A DNA stretch of 64,000 nucleotides from Candidatus Bathyarchaeia archaeon (GTDB lineage: Archaea > Thermoproteota > Bathyarchaeia > Bathyarchaeales > Bathycorpusculaceae). This document shows, piece by piece, positions 53,409-62,539 of this stretch. How positions within the stretch are numbered: the first letter of the stretch is position 1; each line of letters opens with the position of its first letter. Position numbers and translations under genes: made by a program. The notes under the pieces were generated by a model. That model did no database searches. It saw only the letters and a list, made by a program, of their open reading frames with translations, and had not been told where the DNA came from. The stretch is from the NCBI GenBank assembly GCA_038868055.1, contig JAWBXD010000001.1:10425-74424 (forward strand). Direction: 5' to 3'.

Positions 53409-54958
53409 TTAAGCCCCATCCTTGCTTTCTGGAAAACTCTTGCCGGGTTGGCGTAGTATTCACGAATTATGTTGGCTACTTCCGTGTACCTGCGAATTCC
53501 ATTCTTAACCATCCATTCGAGGACTGTTTTTCTACGATGAAGCTCTTGTTTAATGTCGTCTTCGCTTAAATCCATCTTCTTCATGTGTTCTTCGAGGAGG
53601 GCACTGTGGCCGAGAAACTCGAACTTGTCGTTTTTAGGTTTCCAGCGGAAAACCTCCTCTGTCATTATGTTGCCCGTTTTGCCGTCAAGCCCAACAACCT
53701 CTGTTGCTGTAATGGCTCTTCTAGCTGGTCTCCCTCCAATCTCCGTTCTCGCCATAATCATTATGAGGTCCGTCATGGCTATGAGAGGCTTAGGAATGTT
53801 CATGGGCTCGGATTCAAGACGATTTATTACGGCTTCAACTGATTCGGCATGGATGGTGCACATTCCAAGATGCCCTGTCGCCATTGCTTGAAAAAGCGTG
53901 TAGGCTTCCTCGCCTCGGATTTCGCCTACAATTATGTAGTCTGGCCGTTGCCTTACAGCAGCCTTCAAGAGGTCGAAGAGGGTTATAGTGCTTTTATTGT
54001 CGTAGCCGAAGCCCTCTCTGACAACCGACGGAATCCAGTTTTCATGAGGTAGGTTGAGTTCCTGCGTGTCCTCTACGCTTACGATTTTCATTTCGGGCTT
54101 AATGAACATGGATAAACAGTTCAGCATCGTTGTTTTTCCGGACGCTATGCCACCTGCCACAAGCACTGAGGCGCGGTTTTCAATTATGTACCATAAGTAG
54201 GCAGCCATGTCTGATGAAAGCGTGTTAAAAGCGATGAGGTCTGAAATTGTTAAGGGGTCAACCCTGAAACGGCGGATGGTGAAGGTTGAACCTCTTCGAG
54301 TTATTTCGTTTCCATAAGTTAGTTGGACTCGGCTTCCGTCGGGCAGCGTAGCGTCCAATATCGGCGAGGCTATGGAGATGTTTTTGCCAGCTAGATAAGC
54401 TAGGCGAACTATGAACGAGTTTAACTCCACCTCGTCCTTGAAGATTATGTTTGTTGGAAGCGACTCGTAGGTTCTATGCCAAACGTATATGGGTATGTTT
54501 ACGCCATCAGCCGAAATGTCCTCGATCATGTGGTCTTTCATCAGTGGGTCAATTTTGCCATAACCAATAAAATCCCTTGTAAGGTAGTAGAGAAGCTTGT
54601 CAACCGATTCCGATGGGATTTTTATGTGATATTTCTTGATAATATGTTTCGCTTTTTCGCGGAGGTATTCCTCGGCTTTTTCTTTGGTTTCTATCTCCTT
54701 TAGGTTTATATCAATTTCTTCCATCAAAATGCTTTTGACTTCTTTCAGGCGCTCCTCTTCCTCTTTTGTTAATGTTGGCTCTATAACTTCGTAACGGATT
54801 TTCTGGGTTTCCGGATCCTTCACTATAGCGGCGTAGACATAGGGCTCTTGTATAGGGTATACTTCTTTAAAGACCGTTGGTTTTCTTTCTTTTGCCTCTA
54901 CAACTATCCCGAATTCTGTTTCTTCGGCTGTTTTGGCTTTTTCCGAGGTTTTTGACAT
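53405..54958 (-). CDS. Type II/IV secretion-family ATPase (FlaI/PilB/TadA-like)
   Basis: Walker A GGIASGKTT. Asp box/Walker B VSVEDTQELNL...PDYIIVGEIRGEEA. His box GHLGMCTIHA. 517 aa. Confidence 0.9.
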   Translation of the reverse strand: MSKTSEKAKTAEETEFGIVVEAKERKPTVFKEVYPIQEPYVYAAIVKDPETQKIRYEVIEPTLTKEEEERLKEVKSILMEEIDINLKEIETKEKAEEYLREKAKHIIKKYHIKIPSESVDKLLYYLTRDFIGYGKIDPLMKDHMIEDISADGVNIPIYVWHRTYESLPTNIIFKDEVELNSFIVRLAYLAGKNISIASPILDATLPDGSRVQLTYGNEITRRGSTFTIRRFRVDPLTISDLIAFNTLSSDMAAYLWYIIENRASVLVAGGIASGKTTMLNCLSMFIKPEMKIVSVEDTQELNLPHENWIPSVVREGFGYDNKSTITLFDLLKAAVRQRPDYIIVGEIRGEEAYTLFQAMATGHLGMCTIHAESVEAVINRLESEPMNIPKPLIAMTDLIMIMARTEIGGRPARRAITATEVVGLDGKTGNIMTEEVFRWKPKNDKFEFLGHSALLEEHMKKMDLSEDDIKQELHRRKTVLEWMVKNGIRRYTEVANIIREYYANPARVFQKARMGLK

Positions 54959-55206
54959 TCTTTTCCCTTTGTAATTTAGGGTTTGGGCTACTTTTTCAAA
55001 TAGTATTTACTGTCGTAAGTCTTAATAAGCTATATGCATGCCCAATCTTTAACAACGCTTAATCATGGCAGCAACGTAAAAACATGTTAAGACGCTTAGG
55101 AACGGCTACTTGTACCTCGCCCTTCTTTTTTGGCGCTTCTTCTTTTGTCTCCGCATCCTCTTCTTTTTCCATTTCGCCCGGATTTTCTCCACACTCCTAA
55201 AAGCGG

Positions 55207-55836
55207 TTATTCTATGGTGGCGTGTCTGCGCCTTAACTCTTCTTCGGTTGTTCCCATGCGGTGCATTAACTCAACTATTAGACTATCCAAGAAAACCATA
55301 CAGTTATTTTCGAAGATGCTTCCAAGAGGCGTTAGAGGTTCCCTTTCACCTATGAGCTGCCTAGCCAGATAATCTTCCTCGCGGGGCCATCCGGCTTTTG
55401 TTCTGCCCTTAACTGTGACAACAAGGTCGGCTATTTGTCCCAAAGGAGACTCTGGGAAAGATGTTATCGCCACCACTGTGGCACCTATTTCCTTTGCGGC
55501 TGCGCTTGCCGTCAAAACCATTTTTGTGGCTCCCGTTCCCGATATGGCGATTAAAACGTCTCCCTTCCCAGCGGCTGGCGTTATGGTTTCGCCTAGAAAG
55601 TATACGTTGAAGCCTAGGTTCATTAAGCGTAGGGCGAAGGCTCTGCCAACGAAACCGCTTCTTCCCATGCCGACAACGAAGATTTTTTTATCCCTTGCCG
55701 CCATGAGAAGCTGGATGAAACGTTCCACCTCGTTTGGGTTAAGCTCCTCGATGGCGTTTTTAATCCCTGAGATGATTTCTTCAGCCGCAGCCTTTAACCA
55801 TCTCAAGTTTTCCAGCTCCGTGAAACCTTTTAACAA
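55207..55836 (-). CDS. hxlB: 6-phospho-3-hexuloisomerase (SIS domain)
   Basis: FVVGMGRSGFVGRAFALRL, ISGTGAT and C-terminal ...RRRHATIE, typical of PHI. Confidence 0.7.
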   Translation of the reverse strand: MLKGFTELENLRWLKAAAEEIISGIKNAIEELNPNEVERFIQLLMAARDKKIFVVGMGRSGFVGRAFALRLMNLGFNVYFLGETITPAAGKGDVLIAISGTGATKMVLTASAAAKEIGATVVAITSFPESPLGQIADLVVTVKGRTKAGWPREEDYLARQLIGEREPLTPLGSIFENNCMVFLDSLIVELMHRMGTTEEELRRRHATIE

Positions 55837-55862
55837 CGGGGTCTATGTTAAAAGCCTTGCGG

Positions 55863-56657
55863 TTAAACTGTTCCCATTAAAATTTCTTCGAGATTCGGAA
55901 TGTAAACGTATAAGCGAACGAAAACCGCTAGGGCTAATATGCTAAAGGTTATAGCTGCAAAAAAGTAGTCTTCGCGGCGCAGTTTCAAAACATATAGGTT
56001 TGTGCGCTTTTTGGTGGCGCCCCAAGCTCGGGCTTCCATGGCTTCGGCAAGCTCGAGGCTTCTGCGGATGGCACTAACAATCAACGGTATCAGTATTGGA
56101 ATGTAGTTTCTAACCCTTTTCAGAAAGTTTCCCTTTTCAAGCTCTAAGCCTCTCGCCTTTTGAGCATCCATTATTGTTTGGGCTTCTTCAGCAAGAACTG
56201 GAACGAAACGCACCGCTGTTGTAAAGGCGAAACAAAACTCGTAGGGCACCCGCGACTGTTCAAGAGCTAAACCCAAATGATCTGGCGAAGTGGTTAAGAA
56301 GAATATGGAGAAAGAGCCAACTAACACCAGAAAACGAAGGGTCATAGCCAAAGCATGCTCCACGGAGGAAAATGTGACCACGTAACCAGAGCTGATGAAG
56401 GAAAAAATGAAGTTTGTGAGAAAGATTATTGAGGCCAGAAAAGCGGCGCCTCTAACGGAGCGCAGCCACGCTTTTCCCATGCCAGCAGCGAGCACAAAGG
56501 GGATTTGTATAACAAAAAGCACTATGAGAGGGAGCAGTTGCCAGAAAATTATTGCCACTGTGAAAATGACACATGCGTAAATGAACTTTATTCTTGGATC
56601 AAGGTTGTGGATTGGAGAGCTAACCCTTCTAAAACGTAGTCCATCAAAAAAGCTCAT
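55863..56657 (-). CDS. ecfT: ECF transporter transmembrane (T) component
   Basis: 264 aa. CbiQ/EcfT pattern including AxxxRGL (AQKARGLE) and the second ARA motif (AMEARAWG). Confidence 0.85.
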   Translation of the reverse strand: MSFFDGLRFRRVSSPIHNLDPRIKFIYACVIFTVAIIFWQLLPLIVLFVIQIPFVLAAGMGKAWLRSVRGAAFLASIIFLTNFIFSFISSGYVVTFSSVEHALAMTLRFLVLVGSFSIFFLTTSPDHLGLALEQSRVPYEFCFAFTTAVRFVPVLAEEAQTIMDAQKARGLELEKGNFLKRVRNYIPILIPLIVSAIRRSLELAEAMEARAWGATKKRTNLYVLKLRREDYFFAAITFSILALAVFVRLYVYIPNLEEILMGTV

Positions 56658-57478
56658 CGTCTTCCGCTCCCAAATGCTTTTAGAAGGATTTCCCTCGCCT
56701 CGTAAATGTCTATCACGTCTTGTGGGAACCCTAAGTCCAAGAGATTCAGGAAAATTTGGGTTATTTGCGGCGGCACCAAAGAGGCTTGCTCCAACACTTC
56801 GGGGTTTGTAAGTACTTTTCTGGCTTGCCCGTCAGCGATGATTTTGCCGCTTCGCATGAGCACCACACGCGGGTTACATTCAGCCACAAACTCCACGTCG
56901 TGGGTTACAACAACCACCGTTTTTTCTTGGGCGTTTAGCTGCAAAATAAACTGGCGAAGCTTCTCTTTCTGTTGATAATCTTGCCCAATGGTCGGCTCGT
57001 CTAAAATAAGTATCTTTGGGTCCCATGCAAGCACAGAAGCCAGCGCAACGCGTTTTCTTTCACCTCCACTGAGCATGAAGGGTGAAGTCTTTCTGTACTG
57101 AGATAAACCCAACAAGTTAAGCGCCCATTCAACGCGTTTTTCAATCACTTCCGAACTGAAACCAAAGTTTTTCAGGGCAAAGGCTATTTCTTCCTCAACA
57201 GTTTCACAAAAAAGCTGATGGTCTGGGTTCTGGAAAACGAAGCCAACCTTACGCGCCAACGTTGCAACGCTGACTTTTGTTGTTTCAACCCCGTCAACGA
57301 GTACTTTTCCTTTCGTCGGCTTTAGTAGCCCATTAAAATGTTTCACAAGGGTTGTTTTTCCGGCACCGTTTTCCCCCATAATGGCTACAAATTCACCGTC
57401 CCGAATGGTTAGAGAAACACCTTTCAACGCCTCTACACCGCTTGGATAAGTAAAGTGGACGTCTATAACTTCAATCAC
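56654..57478 (-). CDS. ecfA2: ECF transporter ATPase component A'
   Basis: GENGAGKTT, LSGGERKR and ILDEPT. The start is moved to the in-frame GTG at 57478, which overlaps the ecfA1 stop (GTGATTGA). The ORF-track start would overlap ecfA1 by 74 nt. Confidence 0.88.
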   Translation of the reverse strand: MIEVIDVHFTYPSGVEALKGVSLTIRDGEFVAIMGENGAGKTTLVKHFNGLLKPTKGKVLVDGVETTKVSVATLARKVGFVFQNPDHQLFCETVEEEIAFALKNFGFSSEVIEKRVEWALNLLGLSQYRKTSPFMLSGGERKRVALASVLAWDPKILILDEPTIGQDYQQKEKLRQFILQLNAQEKTVVVVTHDVEFVAECNPRVVLMRSGKIIADGQARKVLTNPEVLEQASLVPPQITQIFLNLLDLGFPQDVIDIYEAREILLKAFGSGRR

Positions 57479-58325
57479 GGCGTTTAAAAGCCTCCCTAAT
57501 TTTTTGAGCCATTTCCTCCGACGAAAGGGGTGTTCTGCTGCCAAGCTTTACTCCGTCAGCCTTCAACATCTGGTAAAGGCGTGTAGCTTTTGGAATGCCA
57601 ACTCCGATAAGACGGGCTTCCTCGCAGCTTAAAACCTCGCGGGGCTCTCCGTCCAAAACAACGCGTCCACCATCCATAATGATGATGTGGTCTGCATACT
57701 TCGCCGTTAAATCCAGCCTATGCTCGACAAGCACTATGGTTATGTCAAGCTTTCTGTTCAAGTCGTATATTACATCAAAAATCTTCTTGGCGCCAAGCGG
57801 GTCAAGAAACGAAGTAGGCTCATCTAGAACTATAACCTCAGGCTGCATGGCTAATACGGCGGCTATAGCTACCCGTTGCTGTTGTCCTCCTGAAAGCTCC
57901 GTGGGAGTGCGCTCCCGTAGATCGTATATCCCGGTTAGCTGGAGCGCCCAGTCTACCCGTTTGCGGATTTCCTCCCTTGGCACTCCAAGGTTCTCCAGCC
58001 CAAAAGCCACATCCTTCTCCACGGACAAGGCGAAAAGCTGATTTTGGGGGTTTTGGAAAACCATGCCCACATGGGTTGCCAACTCGTAGACTGGATGTTC
58101 CCGCACATTAAGTCCTGCAACCCTTATTTCGCCCTTCAACTCGCCTTGGTAAAAGTGGGGTATAAGACCGTTGAAACATCTGCAAAGGGTTGTTTTTCCA
58201 CAACCACTTGGACCCGTTATTAACGTGAATTCGCCCTTCTCAATTTTTATAGAGACTTCTTTTATTGCGGGCCAAGCGGCGCCCGGATATGTGTATGTTA
58301 AGTTTCTTGTTTCTATTACTGTCAT
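57471..58325 (-). CDS. ecfA1: ECF transporter ATPase component A
   Basis: GPSGCGKTT, LSGGQQQR and VLDEPTSFLDP. 284 aa. Confidence 0.9.
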   Translation of the reverse strand: MTVIETRNLTYTYPGAAWPAIKEVSIKIEKGEFTLITGPSGCGKTTLCRCFNGLIPHFYQGELKGEIRVAGLNVREHPVYELATHVGMVFQNPQNQLFALSVEKDVAFGLENLGVPREEIRKRVDWALQLTGIYDLRERTPTELSGGQQQRVAIAAVLAMQPEVIVLDEPTSFLDPLGAKKIFDVIYDLNRKLDITIVLVEHRLDLTAKYADHIIIMDGGRVVLDGEPREVLSCEEARLIGVGIPKATRLYQMLKADGVKLGSRTPLSSEEMAQKIREAFKRRD

Positions 58326-58366
58326 ACAGGTTTCACAGCATCCTAGAGTCTAAAATTTTTTCTCAT

Positions 58367-59374
58367 TTAAGAGTAGCTACTCAAATTTGTGTTTAATCGT
58401 TCTTTCAAAAGCTTCCAACACTTTTTAAGTCCAGCTTCAAGCTCACCGTAACCATTAACTCCGGCGGCAGTTGCATGTCCACCACCCATGCCTTGAAGAT
58501 ATTCGCCAAGAGGTTTGGCTATATCCCTGCCCAAGTGTATGCCAGTTTTCTCGTGGAACTCGTTTGTACAACGGAGGCTTATTTCGAGGCTGTCGTTTCT
58601 TTGTCCGCCAACCACAGCTACATGGGCTCCCAAGTCTATTATGGCGCGGGCAGCTGAAGCCTGATAAGCGCTTACGTGGGATATGGCGATTATCCACTCG
58701 CCAATCCTGAAAAGCTTAGCTCTTCTACAAGCCTTCAATCTTGCAACCCTCTCGGAGAAATCCATCGGCAGCGAAAGCATAGCTAGGGCTTCTTGGGCGT
58801 TGACTCCTGAGTCTATAAGTTCTGCAATAATTTTCAGTGTTGAGGAACTGGCTAAAACAAAGTGGCGGGTGTCAAAAGCTATGCCCAAGAAAAGGGCTTT
58901 AGCCTCATTTTCTCCAACTTTTACGCCTGCTTGCTTGTAAAAATTGTAAACTATTTCGCATGTTGAAGAGGCATTTTCATCAGTAATGCACAGCTTGGCC
59001 ACTTTATCGGTTTCGGGATGGGCGGCATGATGGTCAACCACTATTATTGGCGCTTTTGAAGTCTTCACTTTTTCGGCTAAATTGTCAAGCTGCTGTATTG
59101 TGTTTGTGTCAACGAGCACTATAACGTCCGCCCTTTCAATATTGGGTTCTGTTTCCACAGTTATTGGCAGCATTTTCAAAATGTGTTTTGAGAGACGGCT
59201 TATCCCTTGAGCGGCGCAAATCTCAACGGTTGTTTCGGGTTTACACCATTTTATCAGGCTTGACAGGGCGTAGGCTGAGCATATGGCATCTGGGTCCGCG
59301 TTATGGTGACAAAGCAGAACGACATGCTTAGCACCCTGCTCATTCAGTATTTTGGTTATCTCCGCAAACCACAC
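58367..59374 (-). CDS. DHH/DHHA1-family phosphoesterase (NrnA-like)
   Basis: Motifs HHNADPDAICS, VLVDT, VVDHH and DHHA1 GGGHATAAG. Confidence 0.85.
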   Translation of the reverse strand: MWFAEITKILNEQGAKHVVLLCHHNADPDAICSAYALSSLIKWCKPETTVEICAAQGISRLSKHILKMLPITVETEPNIERADVIVLVDTNTIQQLDNLAEKVKTSKAPIIVVDHHAAHPETDKVAKLCITDENASSTCEIVYNFYKQAGVKVGENEAKALFLGIAFDTRHFVLASSSTLKIIAELIDSGVNAQEALAMLSLPMDFSERVARLKACRRAKLFRIGEWIIAISHVSAYQASAARAIIDLGAHVAVVGGQRNDSLEISLRCTNEFHEKTGIHLGRDIAKPLGEYLQGMGGGHATAAGVNGYGELEAGLKKCWKLLKERLNTNLSSYS

Positions 59375-59664
59375 TTTAGCTCCCTCAAGTATCTTTCAGC
59401 TTTGGCGAAAGCTTCCTTCACAGCCTCATCTACAAGCTTTTGAACGTCAAAGTCCCGCATAAGAGGCGAAAGCGTCAACTCAACCTCCACAGTCAACGTT
59501 AAAGGTTTTCCGTTTTCTGCTTCCACGTCAGCACTTATGTTTAAAGTTTCCACTCGCTTGGGCGGAACCTTTGATAGGATATACTCACGTGCAGCCTCCT
59601 CAGTCGTTGAACACAATTCTTCAACCTGTTCTGGCGTAAGCTCTGGCAAGCCAAGCTCTTCCAA
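59356..59664 (-). CDS. Small conserved archaeal protein (possibly DUF3194-like), unknown function
   Basis: 102 aa, acidic. Sits between prefoldin beta and the DHH gene, with a 19-nt overlap onto the DHH gene. The family name is recalled, not verified. Confidence 0.55.
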   Translation of the reverse strand: MEELGLPELTPEQVEELCSTTEEAAREYILSKVPPKRVETLNISADVEAENGKPLTLTVEVELTLSPLMRDFDVQKLVDEAVKEAFAKAERYLRELKCGLRR

Positions 59665-59688
59665 ACTTTCACCCGAAGATTTGCGTCT

Positions 59689-60084
59689 TTACTGCTGCTG
59701 GGTTCCCGAAATTGGCGCCAAATCTTGCTGAAGCTTAGCTTGAAGCTCTTTTAACTGGCTGCGGAGGCGCTCTTCCTGTTTGCCCAATACGGTGACCCGC
59801 ATGTTCAACAGTTCCTTCCTTTCGTTTAAATCCGCTGTCACCTTTGCCTTGTCTGTCTTAACCAGCAAGGAGCCTATCGACTTGTAGATAACAGCGTCAT
59901 CGGCAACCTTCTGCAACTCACTCAAAGCTTGTTCAATCTCTGTTAACTCCAGCTCCACCTGCTGTTTCTGAGCCAAAACAGACTGCAGCGTCTGTTGCAG
60001 CTGTTGAAGCCTTAAAAGGCGTTCCTGAACTTGTGGAGGAAGTTTTGCCAATTCTTCACTCAAGTCTTGCACTTCCATCTGCAC
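59689..60084 (-). CDS. pfdB: Prefoldin beta subunit
   Basis: Coiled coil - beta hairpin (VIYKSIGSLLVKTDK) - coiled coil layout. 131 aa. Confidence 0.88.
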   Translation of the reverse strand: MQMEVQDLSEELAKLPPQVQERLLRLQQLQQTLQSVLAQKQQVELELTEIEQALSELQKVADDAVIYKSIGSLLVKTDKAKVTADLNERKELLNMRVTVLGKQEERLRSQLKELQAKLQQDLAPISGTQQQ

Positions 60085-60225
60085 AGCTTTACACCAAACC
60101 AGTTAATTAAACATTTCCAACAATTTGATTCATAAAAAGGGTTTTCCAGAAGCCCATCAACAAATATGCCCTAAAACTAGAGGGGCCATCGTTTTTGCAG
60201 CTTGTCACCAACAACAAAATTGACA

Positions 60226-60256
60226 TAAAAATGGGGAGGGAATTTCTTTTTGCCCC
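60226..60256 (-). terminator. Candidate terminator of the subtilase gene (short GC stem followed by oligo-U)
   Basis: The minus-strand RNA after the TAA reads AGUAGGGGCAAAAAGAAAUUCCCUCCCCAUUUUUAUGUCAAUUUUGUUGUU, i.e. GGGG/CCCC pairing and then two U-tracts. Confidence 0.35.
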
Positions 60257-60260
60257 TACT

Positions 60261-61997
60261 TTAACTGTCGTAGGATATGTAAACGCTGGATGCCCCAGCG
60301 CTAATGTCAAGATAATATGTTCCAGAACGGGACGACGAATACACTCTCAATGTATATGTGCCCGTTGTGGATATGGTTACGGCAATAGTCTCCTGTCTCG
60401 TTGTTCCAGTGGAGGAGGCGATTATGCTTCCAGAAGGATTATAGAGGTAGATGTTAAAGTTGGGACTCGTTGAACTGCTCCACGTTGGCATTATAAGAGT
60501 TATCGCAATCGGATAGCTTGTTGCTGTCACTGTTATCTTCCAAAGATCGTAAGCTCCACTTCTTGAAAGATCTTCAGTAAACGCGAAATGATTTGGCACG
60601 GCCACACCTGTTCCAGTATAGCCTCCGGCAGCTTTGATGGCTTCGTAGGCGTTGAGGCGTCCCCAACCGTAATCTATGTCTTTTCCAGAAGGCCCAAAAT
60701 CTATGGATGTTGTGGCAATTATGCTTTTAACCTGCGCTGGGGTTAAGGATGGATTAGCATCCAGCATTAATGCTACTGTTCCAGCTACAAATGGTGTTGC
60801 CATGCTTGTGCCGCTATACTCGACATAACCGTTCGTTGTACCCGCTTTTGCGGCCATGATAAGGTATCCGGGTGCGCACACATCTGGCTTGATACGTCCA
60901 TCCGCTGTCGGTCCTCTGCTAGACCAAGAGTTTAAGAAGAAGCCTTTTTGTCCTACATCGGCCATGGAGCCAACAGTTATGACCTTTTCAGCCGCGCCCG
61001 GAGAGCCTATAGTATAGGTTTTCGGTCCACTGTTTCCAGCTGCAACCACAACAACAAGCCCCTGATCGACCGCGTTATTGCATGCCATTGAAACGGTGTC
61101 TGTTCCATCAGAACTTGTGGATGTACCTAAGCTTAGGGAGAGAATCTCTATTCCATAGACATTTTTATTGGTCACAGCCCAGTTGATGCCGTCAGTCACC
61201 CTGCTTAATGTACCTGAACCAGAAGCATCAAGTACTTTAATGCCAACTAAGGCCGCTCCGGGAGCAACACCCTTATAGGCGGAGTTTCCTTCGCCGGTTC
61301 CAGCGGCTATAGAGGCGCAGTGCGTCCCATGCCCATTGTCGTCGTATGGCGTCGTCCTTCCATTCACAAAGTCCTTCCAGCCTATGATTTTACCCCCGTC
61401 CAAGTCCACATGGTTTGGATCTATGCCGGTGTCAATTATGGCTATTACAATGTCATTTTTCGTGTATGTTGTTGGCGATCCATCCCTGTCTCCATCCAAC
61501 CCGAAATCAGTTCTAGCTTTTTGAACACCGTACCAGTAGGTTGCAGTATTCAAGCAAGCGTAAACCGGGGCGTCATATTCTACTTGAACAACATCGTCTA
61601 GTAATGTTAAGGCCCTAATTTGGCCAGGTGTAAGCGAAGCCGCAATCCCAGGAACAACATTCCACCTGGATTTTACTTTAAACATGCCTACTTCTGCGTG
61701 GAGGCGCCCTAGCAGCCCCTCCGTAGGCTCCTTCTTAAACAACACAATAACATCTATTAAAGCATCGTCTCCGCGTTCTGCCATAACTTTTTCTAGGTTA
61801 TCAAAAATCTTGTTTCTGTTTGCGTCCATAAGGCGGCTGGTTTTAACTTCCAATGGCTTCGCATAGGCGCAGGGAGACAGTAAAACAAGAGTTGTGAAAA
61901 GCAGCGAAATTGCAAGCACCGCCGAAACCTTTTTCTCCCAACTCATAAAATCACCAGAGGCACCGTTAAGCAAGTATTCCTTTAAATGCTTTTCCAT
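60261..61997 (-). CDS. Secreted subtilisin-like serine protease (S8) with I9-like propeptide and C-terminal PPC-like domain
   Basis: Signal peptide (LAISLLFTTLVLLSPCAYA). Catalytic D (IAIIDTGID), H (HGTHCAS) and S (SGTSMATP). C-terminal NFNIYLYNPSG...GTYTLRVYS. Confidence 0.92.
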   Translation of the reverse strand: MEKHLKEYLLNGASGDFMSWEKKVSAVLAISLLFTTLVLLSPCAYAKPLEVKTSRLMDANRNKIFDNLEKVMAERGDDALIDVIVLFKKEPTEGLLGRLHAEVGMFKVKSRWNVVPGIAASLTPGQIRALTLLDDVVQVEYDAPVYACLNTATYWYGVQKARTDFGLDGDRDGSPTTYTKNDIVIAIIDTGIDPNHVDLDGGKIIGWKDFVNGRTTPYDDNGHGTHCASIAAGTGEGNSAYKGVAPGAALVGIKVLDASGSGTLSRVTDGINWAVTNKNVYGIEILSLSLGTSTSSDGTDTVSMACNNAVDQGLVVVVAAGNSGPKTYTIGSPGAAEKVITVGSMADVGQKGFFLNSWSSRGPTADGRIKPDVCAPGYLIMAAKAGTTNGYVEYSGTSMATPFVAGTVALMLDANPSLTPAQVKSIIATTSIDFGPSGKDIDYGWGRLNAYEAIKAAGGYTGTGVAVPNHFAFTEDLSRSGAYDLWKITVTATSYPIAITLIMPTWSSSTSPNFNIYLYNPSGSIIASSTGTTRQETIAVTISTTGTYTLRVYSSSRSGTYYLDISAGASSVYISYDS

Positions 61998-62064
61998 AAT
62001 CCGCCACTTTTAGCGCAAATTTGTCGCTTGATAACAATGGAAAACGGTTTTAGTAACAGTTAAT

Positions 62065-62078
62065 TTTAAACGTTTAAA
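62065..62078. promoter_or_regulatory. Perfect 14-bp palindrome TTTAAACGTTTAAA between divergent subtilase and gcvH genes (possible back-to-back TATA boxes)
   Basis: The sequence is self-complementary. It lies 39 nt upstream of the gcvH GTG and 68 nt upstream of the protease ATG. Confidence 0.35.
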
Positions 62079-62116
62079 GCTTTGAAAATTATCAACTACA
62101 TGCGAGGTGGAACGTC

Positions 62117-62536
62117 GTGGTTAAAGTTGACGGATACGAGGTTCCAGAAGGCCTATACTATTCAAAGGACTATGAATGGGTGAAAATCGAAGGCGACAAG
62201 GTACGCGTCGGCATAACGGACTACGCCCAAAAACAACTTAGAGAAGTTGTCTATGCGGAGCTTCCAAGCCCCGGAACAACCATAAAACAGAACGAGCCCT
62301 ATGGCACTGTTGAATCTGTAAAAGCCGTGTCCGACTTAGTGGCGCCCGTAAGCGGAACAATAGAAGAAGTCAACACCGAAGTCCAGTCAAAGCCGGAACT
62401 TTTAAACGAGGATCCATATGGCAAGGGCTGGCTGCTTGTTGTAAAGCCGTCGAACCTCCAAACTGAACTCAAAAACCTTATGGACTTTAATGCGGCTGTG
62501 GAATGGCACAAAAGCCTAATTAAAGAAGGGAAATAG
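62117..62536 (+). CDS. gcvH: Glycine cleavage system H protein
   Basis: Lipoyl-lysine motif VESVKAVSD. 139 aa. GTG start lies about 6 nt after GAGGTGG. Confidence 0.92.
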   Translation: MVKVDGYEVPEGLYYSKDYEWVKIEGDKVRVGITDYAQKQLREVVYAELPSPGTTIKQNEPYGTVESVKAVSDLVAPVSGTIEEVNTEVQSKPELLNEDPYGKGWLLVVKPSNLQTELKNLMDFNAAVEWHKSLIKEGK

Positions 62537-62539
62537 CCC

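Noticed and set aside
55060-55172. 37-codon minus-strand ORF (MEKEEDAETKEEAPKKKGEVQVAVPKRLNMFLRCCHD) between PHI and the pilus ATPase
   Set aside because: There is no convincing SD at proper spacing. It lies in the probable promoter region of the pilus operon and nothing supports it beyond being open.
55415-55945. 176-aa plus-strand ORF
   Set aside because: It is antisense to the SIS-domain PHI gene, with a low-complexity translation.
60107-60473. ORFs 60107-60310 (-) and 60195-60473 (+)
   Set aside because: They span the intergenic terminator region and the 3' end of the subtilase gene, with no SD and no motif.
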